13,556 bases of DNA from an uncultured Leptospiraceae bacterium. GTDB lineage: Bacteria; Spirochaetota; UBA4802; UB4802. Of the stretch, positions 1 through 7,452 are shown piece after piece; position 1 is the stretch's first letter; each line of letters starts with the position of its first letter. The position numbers were made by a program, and so were the translations under genes. Under the pieces are notes generated by a model. The model had not been told where the DNA came from. It made no database searches and saw only the letters and a program-made list of their open reading frames with translations. The stretch lies in the NCBI GenBank assembly GCA_964345775.1, contig CAYFSO010000084.1, forward strand, positions 1 to 13,556, given 5' to 3'.

Positions 1-63
1 ATATATTATTGTTATAAAGAACTGTTTTCCATTCCCAAGAATCCGGAAAGAGTGACAAATAAT

Positions 64-100
64 AAAAAAGGGACGGTGTGAATACCGTCCCTTTTTAAAA
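64..100. terminator. Bidirectional rho-independent terminator: A-run (64-69), stem GGGACGGT (70-77) / ACCGTCCC (84-91), 6-nt loop, T-run (92-96). It terminates glnN read from the minus strand and probably also a plus-strand gene ending just upstream of the window.
   Basis: Perfect 8-bp GC-rich inverted repeat flanked by A6 on one side and T5 on the other, located immediately 3' of the glnN stop (128-130). Confidence 0.65.
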
Positions 101-127
101 ATGTATACAGTGTAACTGTTGAATTCT

Positions 128-2296
128 TTAACTGATGAAAAGCATTTCCCAGAACCTGGGAAGCGGCCAGATGGAATCATCAATGTACCCTTCGAGTTCA
201 TCAACGTCTTCGCGCATCTTTTCCATTAAGGTCTTGATCTCGTAGCAGAAGTAACAGGCGCTGTCCTCTTCATCCTCGATGGAATGTGCGTGTTCCAAAC
301 GCTTTTTCAATTCTTTCACGTTTTTAAGGATATTGTTGATAAGGGATGCCACGGTGGCAAGAAGCTCTTTCTGTTCGCCCGCTTCCGCGTCCTTGCCAAG
401 TATATCAAACAGTTCATCCAGTGATGTTGCAAGTTCCTTCTGGTATCGAATGGCTGCCGGTATAACTGATGCTGATACCATCTCAACCAGTGTTTTCGCC
501 TCTATGTCAAGCTGCTTGATATAACGTTCCATGCGTATGTTGTACCGTGATCTAAGCTCAACGGGTGTGAGGACGTTATACTTTTCAAAAAGCTTGATAG
601 CCTTATCAGTTACCAGGTCTAGCAGGGCTTCACAGGTTGCCTTCTTGTTTGGAAGACCCCGTTTTTCAGCCTCCTTCTCCCATTCCTTTGAGTAGTTATC
701 TCCCATGAAAAGCACCGGCTTAACAGTTGAGATCTCTTCCTTGAAAACCTCCAGCGCAGCCTTGTTGACGTCACCGCCCTTCGATTCGATCTTATCAGAA
801 AGATAATCCAGGCTTTCGGCCACAATAGTATTGAGCACCGTTGCGGGGAAGGATATGGAATGTGATGAGCCAACCGCCCTGAATTCGAACTTGTTACCGG
901 TAAAGGCAAACGGGGATGTCCTGTTCCTGTCGGTATTGTCCTTGCTGAGTACCGGCAGCGTGTTGAGCCCCAGGTCGATGATGGCACCGTTAGTAGCATC
1001 GGTGATCTTGCCCTGCTCGATGTCGTCAAGTATGCCGGTAAGCTGTTCGCCCAGGAAGACCGATATGATGGCAGGTGGCGCCTCGTTGGCCCCCAGCCTG
1101 TGGTCATTACCTGATGATGCAACAGAGGCCCTCAGTATGTCCGCGTGATAAAACACCGCGCGTATGGTGGCGATGAGGAACATCAAGAACTGGATGTTGT
1201 CCTGCGGTGAATTACCGGGATTCAGCATGTTCCCGCCAAGGTCGTCCGACAATGACCAGTTGAGATGTTTACCTGAACCGTTGATCTCTGCAAAAGGTTT
1301 TTCATGAAGCAGTACCGACAGATCATGCCTTGATGCAACACTCTTGAGTATTTCCATCACAAGCTGGTTATGATCAACGGCGATATTGGCTTCTTCAAAT
1401 ATTGGAGCTATCTCGAACTGGCTTGGTGCCACCTCGTTGTGCCTTGTCTTGGCCGGTATGCCCAGCTTGTAAAGTTCCTCTTCCGCGTTATGCATGTACG
1501 AGATCATGCGTTCCTTGATGCTGGCGAAGTAATGGTCTTCAAGCTGCTGGCCCTTGGGTGGTGCCGCGCCAAGTACGGTCTTTCCGGCCAGGAGAAGATC
1601 CTGTCTCTTGTAATAGAAGTCCTTGTCTATGCAGAAATATTCCTGCTCGGCCCCAAGGGTTGCTATGACCCTGCTTACCTTCTTATTGCCAAGCAGTTTC
1701 AATGCCCTTATAGAACTTTCATTTATGACCTTTATTGATCGTAACAGTGGTGTCTTCTTATCCAGCGCGTCCCCGGTGTATGAAAGGAACACGGAGGGGA
1801 TACACAGTGTAGACCCGATCCCGCTATTCAATATAAACGCGGGGCTTGAAGGGTCCCACGCGGTATACCCACGGGCTTCAAATGTTGAACGGATACCGCC
1901 GCTTGGGAAGCTTGACGCGTCCGGTTCACCCTGTACAAGCTGCTTGCCGGAAAACCGTTCAATGGGGATACCGTCATCCATCATCTCCAGGAAGGAATCG
2001 TGTTTCTCGGCAGTGTTCCCGGTCATGGGCTGAAACCAGTGGCAGTAATGGGTGGCTCCTTTCCCGATTGCCCATTCCTTCATGGCGTGGGCGACCGCGT
2101 TTGCCACTTCCTCGTCCAGCTTTTCGCCTTCCTCTATGATCCGTGCCAGTTTTTTGCTCAGGTTGGCAGGTAGTTTATCCTGGATCACCCTGAAATTGAA
2201 GGTGTCTTCACCATAATAATTCGAAACGGGAATATTCTTTTCCCGCATTATGGGATATTCACGTTCTGATGCTGGAATCCTTGAGTCTCTTTTCAT
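128..2296 (-). CDS. glnN: Glutamine synthetase type III (GlnN), ~722 aa
   Basis: Length (~720 aa) and N-terminal region (…VSNYYGEDTFNF…LPANLSKKLARI…) fit the large GSIII family recalled from Bacteroides/cyanobacteria, and conserved GS catalytic-domain blocks are present. Start moved from the track's GTG (2317) to ATG 2296, which sits 4 nt after an AGGAGG SD (2301-2306). Confidence 0.88.
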   Translation of the reverse strand: MKRDSRIPASEREYPIMREKNIPVSNYYGEDTFNFRVIQDKLPANLSKKLARIIEEGEKLDEEVANAVAHAMKEWAIGKGATHYCHWFQPMTGNTAEKHDSFLEMMDDGIPIERFSGKQLVQGEPDASSFPSGGIRSTFEARGYTAWDPSSPAFILNSGIGSTLCIPSVFLSYTGDALDKKTPLLRSIKVINESSIRALKLLGNKKVSRVIATLGAEQEYFCIDKDFYYKRQDLLLAGKTVLGAAPPKGQQLEDHYFASIKERMISYMHNAEEELYKLGIPAKTRHNEVAPSQFEIAPIFEEANIAVDHNQLVMEILKSVASRHDLSVLLHEKPFAEINGSGKHLNWSLSDDLGGNMLNPGNSPQDNIQFLMFLIATIRAVFYHADILRASVASSGNDHRLGANEAPPAIISVFLGEQLTGILDDIEQGKITDATNGAIIDLGLNTLPVLSKDNTDRNRTSPFAFTGNKFEFRAVGSSHSISFPATVLNTIVAESLDYLSDKIESKGGDVNKAALEVFKEEISTVKPVLFMGDNYSKEWEKEAEKRGLPNKKATCEALLDLVTDKAIKLFEKYNVLTPVELRSRYNIRMERYIKQLDIEAKTLVEMVSASVIPAAIRYQKELATSLDELFDILGKDAEAGEQKELLATVASLINNILKNVKELKKRLEHAHSIEDEEDSACYFCYEIKTLMEKMREDVDELEGYIDDSIWPLPRFWEMLFIS

Positions 2297-2318
2297 GTAT
2301 CCTCCTCTTGTAAACACG

Positions 2319-2333
2319 TACTAACAGTTAGTA
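2319..2333 (-). promoter_or_regulatory. Perfect 7-bp inverted repeat TACTAAC-A-GTTAGTA in the glnN 5' leader, 23 nt upstream of the start codon. Candidate operator or leader RNA hairpin.
   Basis: Read directly from the sequence. Arms are exact reverse complements with a 1-nt spacer. Confidence 0.3.
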
Positions 2334-2420
2334 GTGCCATGTATTATGAAAGAATATTTTTTCGACGTGAAAAAGTAAAGCTAATAAGTACTATTCATGG
2401 TATCAAGATGGCTCCTTACT

Positions 2421-2440
2421 ACATAAATGTCAATTTATGT
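2421..2440 (-). promoter_or_regulatory. 20-bp palindromic element ACATAAAT-GTCA-ATTTATGT, ~130 nt upstream of glnN. It contains AAATTGACA on the coding (minus) strand. Candidate operator and/or -35 region.
   Basis: 8-bp perfect inverted arms. The same 9-mer AAATTGACA recurs upstream of glnB (7275-7283). Confidence 0.3.
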
Positions 2441-2513
2441 GATGATAAAGCTCCTGTTTCACTGTTTATTTAACATTTATGTAATATATCCTCCATTTGC
2501 TCGTAATTTTGAA

Positions 2514-2540
2514 CATCCCCCACGTTGTACATGGGGGATG
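2514..2540 (-). terminator. GC-rich hairpin (stem CATCCCCCA / TGGGGGATG, 9-nt loop), 10 nt after the amt stop. Possible terminator or partial attenuator between amt and glnN.
   Basis: 9-bp stem with 5 consecutive G:C pairs. The trailing U-tract on the minus strand is weak (UUCAAAAUU), so termination may be partial. Confidence 0.4.
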
Positions 2541-2549
2541 CTGTATTGC

Positions 2550-3995
2550 CTATTTCAATGTGAACGATTCGAAATCAGGGTATGCTTCCATGCCGTGTTC
2601 GGCGATATCCAGTCCCCGCAATTCCTCGTCGCGGCTTACCCGTATGCCTACAACAGCATTGACGATCACCCATATAACCCAGCTGAGTATAAAGGTAAAT
2701 GCGCCAACTGATACCACTCCCACTATCTGGTCTGCAAAAGAATTAATGCCACCTCCGTAGAAGAGTCCCAGCGGTGGCTGGCCGTCGCCGCCCGCAAGTG
2801 GTGCCGAGGCAAAAAGGCCTACTGCCAGGGTTCCCCAGATCCCGTTTATGAGGTGTACCGAAATGGCACCTACGGGATCATCTATCCTCCACCTGTCAAA
2901 AGCGATAACAAAGACAACAACCAGTATGCCGCCGATGAAACCAATGATCACAGAGGCCCCGGCGCTTACGAAGGCACATGGGGCGGTTATTGCCACCAGT
3001 CCGGCAAGTGAGCCGTTCAATATCATGGAAAGGTCTGGTTTTCCAAGTGCCAGCCAGGCTGTCACGGTGGCTGCGATTGCTCCCGATGCCGCAGCCAGGT
3101 TGGTGGTAACCGCGATCCTGGCGATATCATTGGGAGATGCTGACATGGTTGACCCGGGGTTGAAACCGAACCATCCGAACCACAGTACGAACACGCCAAG
3201 TGTTGCCAGTGTCATGCTGTGCCCGGGAATGGGGTTTACCGACCCGTCCGGGTTATACTTGCCGATCCTGGGGCCAAGCACAAGGGCTCCTGCCAGCGCA
3301 GCCCAGCCGCCAACTGAATGCACCACCGTTGAGCCGGCGAAATCCCAGAACCCCCTTTCCTGCAGCCATCCGCCTCCCCATATCCAGTGACCGGTGATGG
3401 GGTACATGATGCCGACAAGCATTGCCGAAAAAATTATATACGAGATGAACTTTATCCGTCCACCAACCGCACCGGACACAATGGTTGCTGCAGTTGCGGC
3501 GAAAACCAGCTGGAAGAAGAACTTGGCAAAAAGCGGTACCGATGCCCAGCCCATTGCCGAGTAGACCCCCTCGTATGCTTCTCCCACAAGGGGACTGTTG
3601 TCAGCTCCACCCAGCATCCAGAGACCCCTGTAACCAAGGAATCCGTTGCCGTCCCCGAACATGAGACCCCAGCCGATAAACCAGAATGCTATGGACGCAA
3701 TTGAGAAAACTATGAAGTTCTTGGCACTTACGTTTACAGAGATCTTTGCAGGCTGCAGGCCTGTCTCTACCATGCCGAAACCAAGGTTCATGAAGAATAC
3801 CAGTATTCCCGCAAGAAGTACCCAGATGGTATCGGCAATAACCGTGCTGTTCTGCATGATCACCGTTAACTGGTCGATCTTTTCCATAACTTCAGGTGTT
3901 ATTGTGGCAGAAGGGGCAACTTCTTCTGCGATTACCATTCCGGCACCAGTTAGAACCAGAAGTGCCGTTGCCATTAGTATACGTACAATTCTCAT
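2550..3995 (-). CDS. amt: Ammonium transporter (Amt/AmtB family), 481 aa, with N-terminal signal peptide
   Basis: Multi-TM protein with hallmark Amt motifs (…GAVAERIKF-like 'GAVGGRIKF', '[26 protein letters not shown]', 'FGFNPGS'). AGGAGG SD lies 7 nt upstream of ATG 3995. Only 14 nt separate it from the glnA stop. Confidence 0.9.
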   Translation of the reverse strand: MRIVRILMATALLVLTGAGMVIAEEVAPSATITPEVMEKIDQLTVIMQNSTVIADTIWVLLAGILVFFMNLGFGMVETGLQPAKISVNVSAKNFIVFSIASIAFWFIGWGLMFGDGNGFLGYRGLWMLGGADNSPLVGEAYEGVYSAMGWASVPLFAKFFFQLVFAATAATIVSGAVGGRIKFISYIIFSAMLVGIMYPITGHWIWGGGWLQERGFWDFAGSTVVHSVGGWAALAGALVLGPRIGKYNPDGSVNPIPGHSMTLATLGVFVLWFGWFGFNPGSTMSASPNDIARIAVTTNLAAASGAIAATVTAWLALGKPDLSMILNGSLAGLVAITAPCAFVSAGASVIIGFIGGILVVVFVIAFDRWRIDDPVGAISVHLINGIWGTLAVGLFASAPLAGGDGQPPLGLFYGGGINSFADQIVGVVSVGAFTFILSWVIWVIVNAVVGIRVSRDEELRGLDIAEHGMEAYPDFESFTLK

Positions 3996-4009
3996 CGTTT
4001 GCCCTCCTG

Positions 4010-5476
4010 TTATGCTTCGTAGTATAGAGAGTATTCCCAGGGATGAGGCCTGAGAGATACCTGGTCAATTTCGCTGATACGCTTGAATTCTATGTAGCTT
4101 TCGATCAGCGATCTCGAGAAGACGTTCCCCTTCAGCAGGAACTCGTGATCCTGTTCAAGGCCGTCTATTGATTCCTTGAGGCTGCCGGGTGTGGAGCGAA
4201 TAAACATCTTCTTCTCCGGCGGCAGTTCGTAAATGTCATCATCGATTGGATCGGGCGGCTCGATCATCTTTTCGATACCGTCAAGACCTGCCATGATCAT
4301 GGCGGCGAAAGCAAGGTAGGGATTCACCGTTGAATCCGGACACCTGAACTCTATCCGCTTTGCCTTTTCGCTTTCGCTGTACATGGGTATACGTACCGCC
4401 GCAGAACGGTTTCGTGCCGAGAACACCAGGTTGATGGGTGCCTCGTATCCCGGAACAAGTCTCCTGTAAGAGTTAGTGGTAGGGGCGGCGAAGGCAAGTA
4501 CCGCTTCTATATGGGCAAAGATACCGCCAATGAAGTAGCGTGCCTCGTCGCTCAGGTCGGCGTACTGGCCGAAATCGTAGAACATGTTTTTGCCGTCCTT
4601 CCACAGGCTTATGTGGGTGTGCATGCCGGAACCGTTGTCCATGAATATGGGTTTCGGCATGAAGGTTACTGTTTTGCCGTACCTGTGGGCCACGTTCTTT
4701 ACAAGGTACTTGTATTTCAGCAGCGTGTCCGCCTGTTCAACCAGCTCTTCAACATCCAGCCCGATCTCGGTCTGCCCGGCGGTGGCAACCTCGTGGTGAT
4801 GCAGGTTGGCCTGTACGCCGCAGCTTCGCAGTACCTCAACCATCTTTGACCTGAGATTGTGCAGCTGGTCGTGGGGTGCCACGGGGAAATACCCCTGCTT
4901 GTACCCGATCTTGTATCCCAGGCTGCCTTCTCCCTTCTTGGCGGTGTTCCAGTATCCCTCGGCGGAGTCCACCTCGTAGAAGGCCCTGTTCTGGGTCTGC
5001 TCGTAGGACACGTGGTCGAAGATGAAGAACTCCGGCTCAGGTCCGAAAAAGGCGGTGTCGGCAATACCGGTTGAACGCAGGTAGTCGATGGTCTTGAATG
5101 CCACGTACCTGGGGTCCTTTTCATACCTTGTCCTCTTCACTGGATCCACGATGTCACAGAAAAAGCTCATGGTCCTGTGATCGAAGAAGGGGTCAATAAA
5201 GGCGGTGCTGGGGTCAGGCCGCATCAGCATATCGCTCTGGTTGATGGACTGGAATCCCCGTATGGAGGAACCGTCAAAACCGGTACCAACGGTGAACAGG
5301 TCCTCGTCCGCCTTTTCCGCCGTTTGCGTGTAATGGTGGATCCTGCCGAACAGGTCGCAGAATTTCATGTCCACGAACTCTATGTTCTTTTCCTTGATAA
5401 TCTGCAGTATCTCGGAGATGGTTATATGCTCGTTTCGTTTTTTTACCGTGTAGATTTCATCAAATATGGCTTCCAT
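4010..5476 (-). CDS. glnA: Glutamine synthetase type I (GlnA), 488 aa, with a ~20-aa N-terminal extension relative to E. coli GlnA
   Basis: Collinear with E. coli GlnA blocks recalled from memory (FVD-KF-D, DGSSI, GPEPEFF, HHHEVA, KPxFxDNGSGMHxHxSL, [28 protein letters not shown], RIEFRxPD). The Tyr in 'DIYELPPE' corresponds to the adenylylation-site Tyr (E. coli NLYDLPPEE). SD AAGGAGAAGG precedes ATG 5476. Confidence 0.9.
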   Translation of the reverse strand: MEAIFDEIYTVKKRNEHITISEILQIIKEKNIEFVDMKFCDLFGRIHHYTQTAEKADEDLFTVGTGFDGSSIRGFQSINQSDMLMRPDPSTAFIDPFFDHRTMSFFCDIVDPVKRTRYEKDPRYVAFKTIDYLRSTGIADTAFFGPEPEFFIFDHVSYEQTQNRAFYEVDSAEGYWNTAKKGEGSLGYKIGYKQGYFPVAPHDQLHNLRSKMVEVLRSCGVQANLHHHEVATAGQTEIGLDVEELVEQADTLLKYKYLVKNVAHRYGKTVTFMPKPIFMDNGSGMHTHISLWKDGKNMFYDFGQYADLSDEARYFIGGIFAHIEAVLAFAAPTTNSYRRLVPGYEAPINLVFSARNRSAAVRIPMYSESEKAKRIEFRCPDSTVNPYLAFAAMIMAGLDGIEKMIEPPDPIDDDIYELPPEKKMFIRSTPGSLKESIDGLEQDHEFLLKGNVFSRSLIESYIEFKRISEIDQVSLRPHPWEYSLYYEA

Positions 5477-5509
5477 CTTCCTTCTCCTTGTTCAATTGGT
5501 TGCGTCCTG

Positions 5510-6787
5510 TCATTCCAGTTCCTTCTTGACGGGAGCGGTTTTGCCGCCGTCGGCTATACCCGTGAGGTCAACCCCGGTTGCGTTCTTGATCTGCTCAAGG
5601 AAGGTAACCACGCTTGAAGTGACGTCTCCCACGTGATTTGGAATGCCGCCGTTACCCATCACCACCAGTTTCTCCACTTTCAGGTTGTCGGCGATGACAC
5701 CGGAGATGCTGTCAACGATGTTGGGCAGTATGTGCAGCATGAAAAGTTCCCTGTTGCTGCCGTCGCCCCATTCTTCCTTCATCTGCTTGACGGCGTCTGC
5801 CATGGCAAGTCCCTGTTCTTTCAGGTACGAAGCCTGTCCGAATGCCTTCAGCTCGTCCGCCTTCTTCCCGGCCTCGGCCGGTATGACAAGCTCGGCGTGG
5901 TATTTCCTGGAGTTCACGTCCTTGCGGATCTCTTCAAGGTCCTTTTGCTGGCTAAGCTCTTCAAGCCTGCGTGAATACTCTGACTTCATCTCAAGCTTGT
6001 TGGTCTGTTCGTACAGTTCAGCCTTGCGGTTGCGGTAACCGGTCTCGTATTCCTTTATGGCCATCTTCGACTTGTACTCAACATCAGACGCCTTCTTGAT
6101 GGATTCGGACTCAACGATCTTCGCTTCTGATTCGGATTGTGCTTCCTTGATACGGGCGTCCCTCTGTACCACCGCGTTTCTCTGGCGTCCAACCGCTTCC
6201 AGGTAGCCCTGTCCGTCCCTCAGGTCCTCGATCTTTATTGAGTCAAGGGTGAAACCAAGCTTGTTCAGCTCAATGCCTCCCTTTTCATATACTTCTTCTT
6301 CAAGTTCGATACGCCTGTAGTTGGCATCTTCCGGGGTGTATCGCGCAAGGATACCCCGCATCACACCTTCAAGGGTGCTCTTGGCGATGGTCTCTATCTC
6401 GTGGGGAGCCTTGCCAAGCAGCCTCTCAACCGCGTTTTCAAGCCCGCCGTTTTCCCTGGATGCTATCTTGATATGGGCGATGGCGGTTATATCAAGGGGT
6501 ATCATACCCTCGGACATGGCCCGTGATATCTCGAAATCCAGGGGAATAGTTGCAAGTGACAGGCGGGAGACCTTTTCCAGTATGGGTGTTCTCAGTCCCC
6601 AGCCACCCCGTATCACGCGGTACCCCACCACGTCACCGGACTTAAGCTTTCGCTTTCGTCCCGAAAAAATCAATATTTCATTTGGTTCACAGATCTTCAG
6701 GTTGGCCTTCAGGTATAAAAGAAAAGCCGCTATGGCCATTATGATTAATGAACCAGCAAGTGCCCAGTCAATTGATCCTGTATTCAT
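5510..6787 (-). CDS. Flotillin-family / SPFH (band-7) domain membrane protein, ~425 aa: N-terminal TM helix, SPFH domain, long E/K/A-rich coiled coil, flotillin-like C-terminus
   Basis: N-terminal hydrophobic helix (ALAGSLIIMAIAAFLLYL), an SPFH-like core, a ~150-aa heptad-like charged coiled coil (EAQSESEAKIVESESIKKASDVEYKSK…), and C-terminal 'KLVVMGNGG' typical of YqiK/FloT-like flotillins. Start set to ATG 6787 (GGAGG SD 5 nt upstream); the track's ATG 6799 lies inside that SD. Gap to the glnB stop is 29 nt and to the glnA start 33 nt. Confidence 0.78.
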   Translation of the reverse strand: MNTGSIDWALAGSLIIMAIAAFLLYLKANLKICEPNEILIFSGRKRKLKSGDVVGYRVIRGGWGLRTPILEKVSRLSLATIPLDFEISRAMSEGMIPLDITAIAHIKIASRENGGLENAVERLLGKAPHEIETIAKSTLEGVMRGILARYTPEDANYRRIELEEEVYEKGGIELNKLGFTLDSIKIEDLRDGQGYLEAVGRQRNAVVQRDARIKEAQSESEAKIVESESIKKASDVEYKSKMAIKEYETGYRNRKAELYEQTNKLEMKSEYSRRLEELSQQKDLEEIRKDVNSRKYHAELVIPAEAGKKADELKAFGQASYLKEQGLAMADAVKQMKEEWGDGSNRELFMLHILPNIVDSISGVIADNLKVEKLVVMGNGGIPNHVGDVTSSVVTFLEQIKNATGVDLTGIADGGKTAPVKKELE

Positions 6788-6816
6788 TGTTACCTCCATT
6801 AGTTATTACACTGAAA

Positions 6817-7158
6817 TTATCCAATAGCCCTCGAGCCGCGTTCACCGGTTCGAATGCGTATACACTCATCGATGGGAATGACAAATATCTTTCCGTCTCC
6901 GATCTCACCGGTCTTGGCACCGCGCGTGATTGCCTTGATGGTGGGCTCCACGTAATCGTCGTTAACTGCAACTTGAAGCTCCACCTTCTTTAATAGCTTG
7001 ATCTCGTGCTTGATGCCACGGTACGTTTCGGGATAGCCTTTCTGTCGTCCGGCACCGATAGAGTTGACAACAGTCATGAGATTAACGCTGGCCTCGTTCA
7101 GTTCTCTCTTCACATCGGCCAGCCTCTCGGGTCGAATAACTGCCACAACCAGTTTCAT
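6817..7158 (-). CDS. glnB: Nitrogen regulatory protein PII (GlnB/GlnK family), 113 aa
   Basis: MKLVVAVIRPE… start typical of PII. T-loop GAGRQKGYPETYRG retains the Tyr51-equivalent uridylylation residue. The C-terminal 'IRIRTGE' PII signature is present. GGAGGAGCTG-ATG SD. The track's longer ORF (start 7188) is rejected in favour of the SD-preceded ATG 7158. Confidence 0.9.
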   Translation of the reverse strand: MKLVVAVIRPERLADVKRELNEASVNLMTVVNSIGAGRQKGYPETYRGIKHEIKLLKKVELQVAVNDDYVEPTIKAITRGAKTGEIGDGKIFVIPIDECIRIRTGERGSRAIG

Positions 7159-7452
7159 CAGCTCCTCCTTCGAAATTAAATGATTCATGTTTTCGTTTTC
7201 TGAAAATAACGCGTTATATGCAATCTGAAACGAAAATGATTGATATAATTATATTCAATACCATCACCGGTGATTGTCAATTTTTGAAATTGAGAAGGGG
7301 CATGTTTCGGGTTTATTTAACAAGCGTGTAATTTGTTCGTAACATGTTCGTAATAAACGGGCTTTTTGCGCAGATGAATTGACATAATTGTATTTTATTC
7401 ATAACGTGTGTAAAAATATCCAGGTATACTGGAAAATGGAACATGTATTGAA
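7159..7452. promoter_or_regulatory. AT-rich divergent control region between glnB (minus) and rsmA/ksgA (plus). It contains a 12-bp perfect palindrome ATCACCGGTGAT (7263-7274), an inverted repeat TCAATTT-TTG-AAATTGA (7277-7293), the 9-mer AAATTGACA on the minus strand (7275-7283), direct repeats TGTTCGTAA at 7334-7342 and 7345-7353 (11-bp period), and an inverted repeat TTTTCGTTT (7200-7208) / AAACGAAAA (7238-7246).
   Basis: All repeats read directly from the sequence. No canonical sigma-54 (GG-N10-GC) element was found. The sigma-70-like candidates are imperfect (TTGACA-21-TATAAT on the minus strand; TTGTAT-17-TAAAAAT on the plus strand for ksgA). Confidence 0.4.

Noticed and set aside
279-2139. 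Several 80-170 aa ORFs in the track (279-524+, 619-1122-, 831-1148+, 1370-1738+, 1623-2033+, 1846-2139+) lying antisense or out-of-frame within glnN
   Set aside because: They are nested in a confidently identified, full-length GSIII coding region. They have low-complexity Ser/Arg/Pro-rich translations typical of off-frame reads in GC-rich coding DNA, and no SD.
2297-2513. Glutamine riboswitch (glnA RNA motif) or other structured leader upstream of glnN
   Set aside because: The leader is AT-rich with no GC-rich conserved stems or pseudoknot-like complementarity recognisable by eye. Only the short dyad at 2319-2333 stands out.
2427-2760. ORFs 2427-2711 (+) and 2497-2760 (+) starting in the amt-glnN intergenic region
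   Set aside because: They run antisense into the amt coding sequence and across the amt terminator hairpin, with no SD. They are most likely spurious.
3200-5124. Antisense/overlapping ORFs within amt and glnA (2848-3390+, 3646-4053+, 4511-4849+, 4717-5124-, 4859-5074+ and others)
   Set aside because: All lie inside confidently assigned conserved genes. The translations are low-complexity.
7159-7330. Search for a sigma-54 (-24 GG / -12 GC) promoter and NtrC-type enhancer upstream of glnB
   Set aside because: No TGGCAC-N5-TTGCW-like element was found on the minus strand. Only an isolated TTGCA without the -24 GG.
7246-7341. 31-codon ORF (MIDIIIFNTITGDCQFLKLRRGMFRVYLTSV) on the plus strand in the glnB/ksgA intergenic region
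   Set aside because: No SD, overlaps the palindromic sites, and its codon composition simply reflects AT-rich spacer. Not supportable as a gene.
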